Source: Gammaproteobacteria bacterium
Lineage (GTDB): Bacteria > Pseudomonadota > Gammaproteobacteria > Natronospirales > JAJUFS01
Assembly (NCBI GenBank): GCA_036381175.1
Contig: DASVDI010000005.1
Location: 129 to 64,128, forward strand
Length of the DNA: 64,000 nt
Direction: 5' to 3'
Of the stretch, positions 48,825 to 57,338 are shown piece after piece (position 1 is the first letter of the stretch; each line of letters starts with the position of its first letter). Below the pieces are notes generated by a model that ran no database searches, was not told the DNA's origin, and worked only from the letters and a program-made list of their open reading frames with translations. Position numbers and translations under genes: made by a program.

Positions 48825-49445
48825 TCAATCGACCCTGACATCGAGACCAAGTGCTTCGGCAATTACCAGCGTCTGCTGGATCGTGATGATCGCGCCGGCA
48901 AGCTTGACGTTGTTCGGATCGACAGCGCTCAGATCGCTGCCGCGCAGATCGCAACCCGATAGATCCGAACTGTGCATCCATGCACCGGAAAGATCGGTAT
49001 CACGCAGTACGCCGCCATTGCAGCGCGCGAACGTCATGTCCGCTTCCCTCAGCCGGACGTTCCGGAACGCAGCCTTGCTCAAGTCCGCGCCCGGCAATCC
49101 TGCGTATGACCAGTCGCCGCCCGTTACTTCCATCGCATCGAAAGCGCAGCCATCGAACATGCTGCCTACCAGCTTGCAACCGTTGAAGCTCGAGCCATAA
49201 AAGTTGCAATTGATGAACGTGCAATTGGTGAAGGCGGCCGACGTGTGAACGGAGACATTGAATTTCGCGCGGCGGAAAATGCATTCGTTGAACACGCCGC
49301 CCTTGTTCGTGACTTCCGTCAACTCCAGGTCAACAAACAGCACCTTCTCATGCCGCACGCCCGCGAGTTCCCGGCCGTACCAGTCAGCGCCGTTGACAGT
49401 CGATTCGGTTTCCGGTGGCGATTCGCCGTATTTTCGATCAGCCAT
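48825..49445 (-). CDS. Pentapeptide-repeat protein (Qnr/MfpA-like)
   Basis: 206 aa of A(D/N)LXX-type repeats (FNECIFRRAKFNVSV.., DLSGAWMHSSDLSGCDLRGSDLSAVD). The C-terminal dimerisation-like helix reads LAGAIITIQQTLVIAEALGLDV. Confidence 0.75.
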   Translation of the reverse strand: MADRKYGESPPETESTVNGADWYGRELAGVRHEKVLFVDLELTEVTNKGGVFNECIFRRAKFNVSVHTSAAFTNCTFINCNFYGSSFNGCKLVGSMFDGCAFDAMEVTGGDWSYAGLPGADLSKAAFRNVRLREADMTFARCNGGVLRDTDLSGAWMHSSDLSGCDLRGSDLSAVDPNNVKLAGAIITIQQTLVIAEALGLDVRVD

Positions 49446-49742
49446 GGCAGCATGCGGTCCCGTGAAAATGCATGACTATCCGAGAGTATTCGCGAAATCG
49501 CAAGAACGAAGAATGCGTTTCAGAGGCTCCAGTCAAAAAGAGACTCAGCGTATCCCGCGTCACTTCGTTCATCTCCTGACGTTCATACGCACTCAAAAGT
49601 GCGTGGTTGGCGCTATGGATTCTCGTCGGGATGACATGCGCGTTTATGGCAACTATGCTTGTTGATTGTGGAATGCAAACAGCAATGACGAGGCCAGACT
49701 TTTCGAAAGTCATGCTGTAACCACTTCACGGGAGAAAGACCA

Positions 49743-50495
49743 ATGCGAAATTCATTCGTCGCCGCAATCGGTGTACTGGCCACGTCAGGTAGCGCGATGG
49801 CCGCAGAGCCGAACTTCGATTACACCTACCTCCAAGGCGAGTACCACGCGCATGACTTCGATGGCGAAAATGGCAACGGCTATCAGCTGGAAGGGCATTT
49901 CAGTTTCGGAGAAAACTTTTTCATCGTTGCCACGGCTACCGAGGCCGAAACCGACGTCAATGAATTCGTCTCGAATTGGGGCGACACCACGTTCGGCACC
50001 AACATCGAGCTTGACCTGGATTACGAGCTCAATCGCAAGGATTTCGCCGTGGGTATCGGCGGTGCCTTGCCGCTCGGCAGTCGCCTGGATCTCATAGCCC
50101 AAGCGATGTACGTCGAAAGTGAGCTGACCCAAAGCCTTGTCGGGGGACGCGTGATTATCAACTATCTCTGGAACGATGACCCTCCGCTCATTCAATCGGC
50201 GTGCACATGGGACTTGTGCGAAACGACATCGATCGACGACCAGGGATTTGCAACAAGCATTGGCCTTCGGGGCAAGGCGAGCGAACGTATCGAGCTGTAC
50301 GGCAACCTCACCTATTACAACGTCAATCTCGACAATATCAATCTCGAGCCAGCCGTTGCGGCCATGAACGCGGACAACATGACCTTCGAGGTCGGCACCC
50401 GCGTTATGGTGATCGAGAATCTGCTTCTTTCGCTCGGGTATGCAAAGCAGGAAGAGATCGAATCATTGCGGCTGGGCGTCCGCTTCGCTCTCTGA
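49743..50495 (+). CDS. Small outer-membrane beta-barrel protein
   Basis: Signal peptide (..GSAMAAEP), alternating strands, and the C-terminus LRLGVRFAL. Confidence 0.6.
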   Translation: MRNSFVAAIGVLATSGSAMAAEPNFDYTYLQGEYHAHDFDGENGNGYQLEGHFSFGENFFIVATATEAETDVNEFVSNWGDTTFGTNIELDLDYELNRKDFAVGIGGALPLGSRLDLIAQAMYVESELTQSLVGGRVIINYLWNDDPPLIQSACTWDLCETTSIDDQGFATSIGLRGKASERIELYGNLTYYNVNLDNINLEPAVAAMNADNMTFEVGTRVMVIENLLLSLGYAKQEEIESLRLGVRFAL

Positions 50496-50617
50496 ACGCA
50501 GTTGCGCCATTCCCAAAATCCAGCTTCCCTGCATTTGAGGCCAGAGTGAAAATACAGTGCTGTATTTCTACTTTGAGCCGGGTTCTTCCCTGGAGATGGG
50601 TAACGGCGAGCCGTGGT

Positions 50618-50995
50618 TCACGCCTCGCGCTCGTGACAAACCGCTTCGATGTTGTGCCCATCCGGAGCAATGACAAAAGCGGCGTAATAATTCGCGTGGT
50701 ATTCCGGGCGCAAACCCGGCGCGCCATTGTCTTTGCCGCCTGCCTCCAGTGCAGCGCGATGGAAAGCGTCGACCTGCTCGCGATTCTCGGCAGTGAACGC
50801 CACGTGAAGACGCGCCGGCTTCTCCTCGGCCTGGTACAGGCACAATGAAACCTCACAATTCGGTTTCACAAGCTCGATGCCGTATGCCGGTGCGCCCTCC
50901 GCGCCCCCTCCAACACCAAGCGGTTCGAGTGCCTTGAGGAAGAACACCTTGCTCGCTGCATAGTCGCTGGCGCCAAACTTGACGTGATCAAACAT
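50618..50995 (-). CDS. VOC (glyoxalase/bleomycin-resistance/dioxygenase) family protein
   Basis: AGGAGA RBS. MFDHVKFGASDYAASKVFF..HVAF..YYAAFVIAPDGHNIEAV. Confidence 0.8.
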   Translation of the reverse strand: MFDHVKFGASDYAASKVFFLKALEPLGVGGGAEGAPAYGIELVKPNCEVSLCLYQAEEKPARLHVAFTAENREQVDAFHRAALEAGGKDNGAPGLRPEYHANYYAAFVIAPDGHNIEAVCHEREA

Positions 50996-51197
50996 GAATT
51001 CTCCTGGAGTGCGTGCGTTTGAGTTCAGATCATTCTTGAATTTCACCACCCAACATTTCAAGACCGATCTTTTCGAGAGACGCGCAGCGGCGCTTGTCCG
51101 CTGCTGTTCCGGTTCGCGTCTTACATCGATCTCGCAGCTTCTCCGCAGAGCGGAAGCTGTTGTATCGTGATCTCCATTTTGATTGGCGGGAGGCCAC

Positions 51198-51728
51198 ATG
51201 GGAACACATCAGGATCAGGTTCAGGGATTCGCCAAATACAATCGCATGTTCAATGAAAAGCTATTCGATGTTATCGCTCCGCTGAGCGATGCGGATCGGA
51301 AGAAGGATATGGGCGCTTTCTTTGGATCCATTCATGCCACGCTCAATCACATCCTGCTGGCGGACAGAATCTGGCTTGGCCGCTTTGCTGTTGCATTTCC
51401 GAATATGGCCGCTTTGCAGGACGCGGCCTTGATCAAGGAGTTCTCCTCGCTGCGTCAGGAACTTCGCACTGATTTTACCGAGCTTCGCGCGGAGAGAATC
51501 GCGACGGATAAGGTCATCGTGGACTGGGCCGAAGATCTCTCGGATGAATTGCTTGCGAAAACGATGAGCTACCGGAATTCTCGCGGCGATCTTCATAGCC
51601 ATCCCGCCTGGATTGCCGTCGCTCACATGTTCAACCACCAGACACACCATCGCGGCCAGATCACCACGCTTTTGAATCAGCTCGGTCATGATGTCGGTGT
51701 GACCGACTACGTCGCGTACATGCAGTAG
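51198..51728 (+). CDS. DinB family protein
   Basis: GSIHATLNHILLADRIW and HMFNHQTHHRGQITTLL are the DinB His triad helices. Confidence 0.85.
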   Translation: MGTHQDQVQGFAKYNRMFNEKLFDVIAPLSDADRKKDMGAFFGSIHATLNHILLADRIWLGRFAVAFPNMAALQDAALIKEFSSLRQELRTDFTELRAERIATDKVIVDWAEDLSDELLAKTMSYRNSRGDLHSHPAWIAVAHMFNHQTHHRGQITTLLNQLGHDVGVTDYVAYMQ

Positions 51729-51805
51729 TTTCTGACGGAGCTTCGATGTTTAAACGTGAGACCTAGCCCTAAATCTCTCTGCTAAATTTACCTTCAGACG
51801 CAACA

Positions 51806-52678
51806 TCAGAAGGTACGCAGGTAACTAACCTCGATGAAGCCCTGTTTAACGTTGTAGAGGATCGTCATATAGAGGTCCGGATGATCGAGAGTGATTAGAC
51901 GCATCTCGCGTGAGTCTTCTACCTCGTACTCTCCATTCTTTAGAAGCGCGACCAAATCATCCGCGTCTGAATCGTCCCAAAAACGACGAGGCAGTTCAGA
52001 TGCGATCGAGAAAATCGACCAGAGGTCCAGATCGTCCACTACGGGATAGATCTTGATCGAGTATCCCAGGTGATCACACCCGCCGTACGTTACATCCATC
52101 TTTTGTCCGGTGGTTCCGCTGAAAGTAATTCTGCGTTTTTCCAAGGCCGCTTCTTGCAACTCCCACCCCGGAAGTTCTTCTTTACCTGACAACCACCAAC
52201 GACTCAGCTCGTCTATTTGGCTGGACTGGGCGTAGGTACATTGAGCGGACTCGTCTGTGGCAATGGCGCGAAAGCGCTCAAGGAGCATCTCCACCCAAAG
52301 TCCTTTTCGGCCTGTGTCATCGACTTCTCCCAACCGACCAGAACCACTGCACGTTCCTAGAATACCTGTGTCATCTGTGACGACGAGAAAACGATCGCCA
52401 GCATTGAAATCAAACAGGCAAGGGCCTCGGCCTGCGCTGGAAGAACCGAATAGGAAAGGAACTGTCGTTGGCTCTCCCTTGATTACCTCGACCACGTCAA
52501 ACGTGCCTTGCTGGTCGAGGCTCGAACCGGTTTCTACTGGTCTTACCTGTGTGATATCAGCAACGAATATATGTTTTGCCTCTGGCCATATCTCGTGGCC
52601 AGATCGCCGTTCGCAAGAACAGGCAGCGGCGTAAGGAATGTACGCAATAGCAATTAACGTGATAAAGAAGCGCAGCAT
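51806..52678 (-). CDS. Exported protein whose predicted mature N-terminus (CSC..) resembles a TIMP/NTR-type OB module; the C-terminal domain is unknown
   Basis: MLRFFITLIAIAYIPYAAA|CSCERRSG..HIFVADITQV..FDVVEVIKG..GPCLFDFNAGDRFLVVTD..LGTCSGSG. Its ATG shares one base with the TAA of the upstream XRE gene. Confidence 0.6.
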   Translation of the reverse strand: MLRFFITLIAIAYIPYAAACSCERRSGHEIWPEAKHIFVADITQVRPVETGSSLDQQGTFDVVEVIKGEPTTVPFLFGSSSAGRGPCLFDFNAGDRFLVVTDDTGILGTCSGSGRLGEVDDTGRKGLWVEMLLERFRAIATDESAQCTYAQSSQIDELSRWWLSGKEELPGWELQEAALEKRRITFSGTTGQKMDVTYGGCDHLGYSIKIYPVVDDLDLWSIFSIASELPRRFWDDSDADDLVALLKNGEYEVEDSREMRLITLDHPDLYMTILYNVKQGFIEVSYLRTF

Positions 52679-52917
52679 TAAATTCCCGCCTGTTTGAATA
52701 GGTCTGTCGCCGAAAACTCTAGCGCCTTGCAGAGCTTGAGGATGTTCACCAGGGAAGGATTCCGTTTCCCCGTCTCGATGTCGCTGATGTAGGTCCGGTC
52801 CATATCAATCTCGAAGCCGAGAACTTCCTGGGTCAGGTCCATCGCCCTGCGCCGCTCCGCGAGAACCTTGCCGAGGCGTTTCCGCTCCGGTGCGAATTTG
52901 AGTGTCTGTTTTGCCAT
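52678..52917 (-). CDS. XRE-family HTH regulator (R-M controller-protein-like), module 1
   Basis: LTQEVLGFEIDMDRTYISDIETGKRNPSLVNILKLCKALEFSATDLF. Confidence 0.85.
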   Translation of the reverse strand: MAKQTLKFAPERKRLGKVLAERRRAMDLTQEVLGFEIDMDRTYISDIETGKRNPSLVNILKLCKALEFSATDLFKQAGI

Positions 52918-52938
52918 GTGGCGGAATTTCACCACTTG

Positions 52939-52961
52939 TCGGATATGAGTCTATCGGATAT
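52939..52961. promoter_or_regulatory. Direct repeat TCGGATAT x2 (15-bp spacing) in the divergent promoter region of module 1
   Basis: TCGGATATgagtctaTCGGATAT, read directly from the sequence. An operator role is inferred only from its position. Confidence 0.3.
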
Positions 52962-53045
52962 AAGTCACATACGGACTTCCGTTAGCTGTTGCTCGACCGC
53001 ATAGCCTCGGATTTGTAATCCATCAAGTCGACAAGGAGTTTCATC

Positions 53046-53324
53046 ATGGACAAGGAAAATAACTACCGCGTCCCCGAAGGCTTCCATCCCTATATTTGCA
53101 TGGACACCATCCGCGGTCTCACGGACGCCATCCATCTCCACATGAACCAAGGCCCCGGCACGCAACTCAATCCCAGCCGCGCCGATCAAGGCGCGCTTGT
53201 CGCCCTCATCGACCAGCTACAGAAACACGTTCGCACGTTCCACGCCTGGCTCATCGAGATTGAAAACATCGGCAACGTCGAACTGCCGGTCACGAATTCG
53301 GATTTCGAATCCTTGTACAAGTAG
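53046..53324 (+). CDS. Small hypothetical protein (92 aa), divergent from the module-1 XRE gene
   Basis: AAGGAG RBS before the ATG. Its last 44 bp plus 7 bp of flank recur at 55828-55878. Confidence 0.55.
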   Translation: MDKENNYRVPEGFHPYICMDTIRGLTDAIHLHMNQGPGTQLNPSRADQGALVALIDQLQKHVRTFHAWLIEIENIGNVELPVTNSDFESLYK

Positions 53325-53404
53325 CAAAAAGCCCCATTTTTGCTTGGAAGCTGCTTACGCTCACCACGCATGTTTAAATAGCTGGTCAAACTCATTCATG
53401 GAAC

Positions 53405-53851
53405 ATGCGGATGAACAGATTTGGACAATGGTTAGCGAAGCTCGCTATTTCCACCCTATCTGCTTGCGTAATTGTTGCTCTCACCGCAGCGCTTCTGTAT
53501 TGGGTCCTTAGTCTTGCCGAAAGCCCGCCTAAAGATTGGGGCACCCTTATCGCACTCCTTCTTCTTTTGATGTTGTTCAACGCGATGTTTTTCGCAAGTT
53601 GGGCCGCGTTTGACGACTCGTTCAACACACGCTCACCCATCTGGACTCTGCGTGCCGCTGGAATCGCGCTCGCCGCTCAGGCCACGGTAACAATATGGGC
53701 GGGATGGAAAACGCATACTGTTGGGAGTTTTGGTTATGCCGCGCCCGCAGTATTCATCGTTGCAATGTCCGTATGTTTTTTTTCAGGCCTTATTACCTTC
53801 GTTATCGCACTCAATATCTTTCATCTGACGAAAGTAGATCGCGTCGAATAG
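53405..53851 (+). CDS. Hypothetical membrane protein (4 TM)
   Basis: Four hydrophobic helices. No family recognised. Confidence 0.5.
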   Translation: MRMNRFGQWLAKLAISTLSACVIVALTAALLYWVLSLAESPPKDWGTLIALLLLLMLFNAMFFASWAAFDDSFNTRSPIWTLRAAGIALAAQATVTIWAGWKTHTVGSFGYAAPAVFIVAMSVCFFSGLITFVIALNIFHLTKVDRVE

Positions 53852-54649
53852 ATACTTAAGCAACAGAAATTGGTCTCGTCTATTCACGTCGGCACCGTTT
53901 ACGCGCTCAGTGAGTTTCTTCGCATGTTGCTCGAAGTAACCTTGATTCGGATGCGAATAATCGGCGGCCAGGGCCGCGGCACGCGCTGCTGCCGACGCAG
54001 CGTCGCGCCACTGGTTCAAGGCAGCGTAACCATCTGCCAGGCTGTCCCACGCGTTGGGTGAACCCGGGTTCGCGTCCGCATTTCGCTTGAACAGCGCAAG
54101 CGCCTGTGCGTTCTTGCCGTTTTCCAACGCGAGGTAAGCAAGCTGGTTCAACGCGTCCTCGGGAATCGCAACGGTGCGTCCCAGCGTTTTCGATACCGCC
54201 TCGAAATGTCGCTCGACGCCCTCAAGTCCCTGATCCATCACCTCCGGCGACATCCGGTAGCCGGCGTAGAGCGCACGAAAGGCATCAACTTGCGCAACCA
54301 GTTGCAAGGTCATGTGCTGTTCGTCAGGAAAGTCCGCACTTTTCCAGCGGAATCCCGGCGGCGATTTCTCTTCCAGCGTCGCGACCAGTTGCCTGTGATT
54401 CGCCAGTGCCTGACCGCGATTATCGGATTGCGCCACGCACAAGAAGGCGGGGAGCTTTTCGCGTGCCTCGAATGATTTTTCCAGGGAGCGCTGTGGCAAT
54501 CGATCATCCCAATCCAGCGATGGCTCGAATGCAAAGTATGCGTGAAAGAGCGACGGTTCCGCCGTCAAGGTATAAAGGACGAATTGCCCGCCGCTTGAAT
54601 GTCCGGTAAGTATCCGCATGCCGTCAGTCCGGTACTGTTTCTCGATCAC
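53783..54649 (-). pseudogene. Alpha/beta-hydrolase (putative-esterase family) with a C-terminal TPR-like region; apparently 5'-truncated
   Basis: The nucleophile elbow GHSSGG lies only 16 codons after the first possible start (GTG 54649). The frame stays open upstream to an in-frame stop at 54824-54826 (..AKYFKQFLSDELIPVIEKQY) with no start codon in between. The 3' end overlaps the convergent gene by 69 bp. Confidence 0.55.
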
Positions 54650-55081
54650 CGGGATGAGTTCGTCGGAAAGAAACTGCTTGAAATACTTCGCGCCACCGCC
54701 GCAAAAAGCAGCAGAGCGAATCTGATGACCATGGTCCCCACCCTTGATTTCGATTGTTGCGCGTCTGCGCGCCGTGCTTACCCGACATAAGGCCGGGAAG
54801 CGTAAAGCACAAGGCGTCTGAGATCAGATTTACTTTCGCTTTTGAGGAACTGAACTGAACATCCGCATTCAGAAATGAGTTTTGAATGTCTGCATGCCAA
54901 GGCAGGATGTGACGAAGGAGATGATCGAGCGGTACCTCTAAATTCAGGGTTAGTTAAAGATTGATCAGGCTCTGGAATCCGACACCTGATTCGTCAGCGG
55001 ACCCTTTGAAGTATTCAATCGTGAGCTCGTCCAGCCGATATTCAACTTTCACGGCGTAACTACTCCGCATTCGATTGCGAA

Positions 55082-55411
55082 TCAAATTCGGCAATCGATG
55101 TTGATCTTCGGCTTGCGGCCCTTGCGCGCGGATTCGGACCTGGACACATTGATCCGCACGCTTCCCACACGACCGAGCAATTCAACGAGCTTGTCGAGCG
55201 AGAAGGTCGTGAGATCGCTGCTCATCAGGCGGCTGATTTTCGGCTGAGTGACGTGCAAGGTTTTTGCTGCTTGTGCCTGCGTCAGCCCTTCCCGCCGGAT
55301 ATATTCCTGCAGCGCGATCATGAAATCCGCGCGCAAACGGAGGTTGGTGGCTTCTTCGGCTTCGAAGCCGAGATCCGTGAATACATTTCTGCTGCTCTTG
55401 CTCATGTCCAC
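55082..55411 (-). CDS. XRE-family HTH antitoxin (HigA-like)
   Basis: NVFTDLGFEAEEATNLRLRADFMIALQEYIRREGLTQAQAAKTLHVTQPKISRLMS..FSLDKLVELL. It lies 4 nt downstream of the toxin gene. Confidence 0.8.
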   Translation of the reverse strand: MDMSKSSRNVFTDLGFEAEEATNLRLRADFMIALQEYIRREGLTQAQAAKTLHVTQPKISRLMSSDLTTFSLDKLVELLGRVGSVRINVSRSESARKGRKPKINIDCRI

Positions 55412-55415
55412 TACC

Positions 55416-55751
55416 TCAATGTGCTCGCCGCCGGATCAGACCAAGCCGTTGCCTGGCGAGTCGGATATCCGCGACCGCTGTTCGCTGCGTCTTTTTTCTG
55501 AACGCGTGCAACACGTGAATTCGATCGGTTCGTGCCGTTACGTAGATGACGCGAAATGCGCCGTCAATACTGATGCGCACCTCACGGACCCGAGGCCCAA
55601 TACTTTTCATGGGCTTCCAGCTCGTCGGCGCAAGCCCTTGCTGCAGGCGCCGCAGTTCCGTGCCGACCGCTCGACGTACACGCAAAGGAAACGCCTTTAC
55701 GCTGTCCAGCGAATCTCCGTGCCAGATGATGTCCTTTTCCAATGAACACAT
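55416..55751 (-). CDS. RelE/HigB-superfamily toxin (phage Gp49-like)
   Basis: IIWHGDSLDSVKAFP..GTELRRLQQG..WKPMKSIGPRVREVRI..FRVIYV..IHVLHAFRKKTQRT. The start is uncertain (ATG 55751 or TTG 55766). Confidence 0.75.
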   Translation of the reverse strand: MCSLEKDIIWHGDSLDSVKAFPLRVRRAVGTELRRLQQGLAPTSWKPMKSIGPRVREVRISIDGAFRVIYVTARTDRIHVLHAFRKKTQRTAVADIRLARQRLGLIRRRAH

Positions 55752-55777
55752 TCCTTGTGAGTCCAAGCTTCGTCAAT

Positions 55778-55793
55778 ATACCTTATTTGGTAT
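55778..55793. promoter_or_regulatory. Palindrome upstream of the toxin-antitoxin operon (candidate operator)
   Basis: ATACCTTATTTGGTAT, read directly from the sequence. Confidence 0.35.
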
Positions 55794-55827
55794 AGCTTGT
55801 CCTCCGGCGAAAACATCCGCACCGCCT

Positions 55828-55878
55828 AACTGCCGGTCACGAATTCGGAATTCGAATCCTTGTACAAGTAGCAAAAAG
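55828..55878. repeat. 51-bp duplicate (1 mismatch) of 53281-53331, i.e. an orphan copy of the 3' end of the 92-aa gene
   Basis: AACTGCCGGTCACGAATTCGGA[A/T]TTCGAATCCTTGTACAAGTAGCAAAAAG. The two copies were aligned by eye. Confidence 0.85.
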
Positions 55879-56044
55879 GGTACTAACCCCTTTTTCCGAA
55901 CCCGTATTGCAGTTTCGGGAGGCGCGACTAGGCTTGAACAGATGGCCGGCGCAGTCCGGTTCTCTCCAACCTCCTGGGTAGATCCGGTTTCAGGAGCTCG
56001 CATCGTTCGCCGAACGGCGTCTGTTCGCAGGCAAAGGGAAAATC

Positions 56045-56500
56045 ATGTTCAAACAATGCACCCAACTGATCGCTGTCCTGTCTGCTTTGGCAGGATTCAC
56101 AACGGCACTTGCAATGGAGCAGCCGACACAGGAGAACCCGCTCGCGTTCGCCGCAAGTTCAGCGTCGCTGAAATGGGGACCGTGCCCGGAAATTTTTCCG
56201 ACAGGCTGCGAAATCGCCGTGCTGCATGGAGATCCGGCGAGGGAGAATGCCGATCTCTTCTTCAAGGTTCCGGCAAACTACAAAATCCCGAACCACTGGC
56301 ACACGTCGGCGGAGCGCATGGTGCTTGTATCGGGAAAGATGACCGTCCAATACGAAGGTCACGAGCCCGTAACACTGAAGAAAGGCGTATACGCCTATGG
56401 GCCACCGAAACTCCCGCATGCGACGACCTGCTTGAAAGGTGAAGAATGCGTGCTGTTCATCGCGTTCGAAGAGCCGGTCGATGCACATCTTGCAGAGTAG
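56045..56500 (+). CDS. Exported cupin-domain protein
   Basis: Signal peptide. HWHTSAERMVLVSGKM..GPPKLPHAT are the cupin His motifs. Confidence 0.7.
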   Translation: MFKQCTQLIAVLSALAGFTTALAMEQPTQENPLAFAASSASLKWGPCPEIFPTGCEIAVLHGDPARENADLFFKVPANYKIPNHWHTSAERMVLVSGKMTVQYEGHEPVTLKKGVYAYGPPKLPHATTCLKGEECVLFIAFEEPVDAHLAE

Positions 56501-56524
56501 TAATCACCTGACTGCTCACAATAC

Positions 56525-56550
56525 AAAGCCCCGCTAGCGGGGCTTTTGTT
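56525..56550 (+). terminator. Rho-independent terminator
   Basis: AAAGCCCCGCTAGCGGGGCTTTTGTT. Confidence 0.8.
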
Positions 56551-56649
56551 CAACTAAACCCGGCTTTCTCGATCGCCAAGGCTTGAGCCATCGCTTCAAT
56601 GCCGGGAGGACGCGTGCCCCGGATTCATCGCCACCGAAAGACGCGGGCT

Positions 56650-56997
56650 TCATTGCGGCAGATCCCCGAAGACGGCTTGCAACTCCGGCAATTCGTCGGC
56701 TGCAAACTCCTCTTCGTAGAGAAACCGAATCCACTGAAACAGCGTATCCAGCCAGAAATCACGCAGCCACATGTCAGGCCGTGAGGACCGGTGAAACCAG
56801 ATCTCGCACAGCGCATGCCAATGCGTTTCTGCCAACCAGAGCCGATGCTCCCCCAGCAACGTCAGCACCGCTTTCGCCCGCGCCTGCCGCTCCGCGGCCA
56901 GCGGCTCATGCCCCGGCCATCGGCTCACTTCGGTCAACAAGGTTTCGACGAGCTCGCACTTGGTTTTGCCTTCGAGACCCTTCCTTGAGTCTTTCAT
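56650..56997 (-). CDS. Small hypothetical protein (115 aa), divergent from the module-3 XRE gene
   Basis: ORF with a Trp-rich helical sequence. No family recognised. Confidence 0.45.
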   Translation of the reverse strand: MKDSRKGLEGKTKCELVETLLTEVSRWPGHEPLAAERQARAKAVLTLLGEHRLWLAETHWHALCEIWFHRSSRPDMWLRDFWLDTLFQWIRFLYEEEFAADELPELQAVFGDLPQ

Positions 56998-57108
56998 CGA
57001 TCCTCCTTGTCTCTCATGGCCATGCGCTCATCAGGGTTGAGGCCAGCTTACTCCACGGGTAAGGCTAGCTCAACCAGCATGGGATGGAACCCAAGGAGGT
57101 GACATCCC

Positions 57109-57318
57109 ATGAAAGACTTCAAGAAGAAATTCGGATCACGGCTCAAAGAACTTCGTGCCGAGCGCGACATCACCCAGGACAAGCTGGCCGAACTGCTGCA
57201 AGTCAGTCTTGATACCGTGAAGAACTACGAAGCGGGAAGGTACGGGCCGGAATTTGCGCGGCTGCCTGATCTGGCGAAGGCGTTAAACGTCAAGGTGAAG
57301 GATCTTTTCGAGTTCTGA
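57109..57318 (+). CDS. XRE-family HTH regulator, module 3
   Basis: AAGGAGG RBS. GSRLKELRAERDITQDKLAELLQVSLDTVKNYEAG. Confidence 0.8.
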   Translation: MKDFKKKFGSRLKELRAERDITQDKLAELLQVSLDTVKNYEAGRYGPEFARLPDLAKALNVKVKDLFEF

Positions 57319-57338
57319 TTTATCGAAGGCTGCATGAA

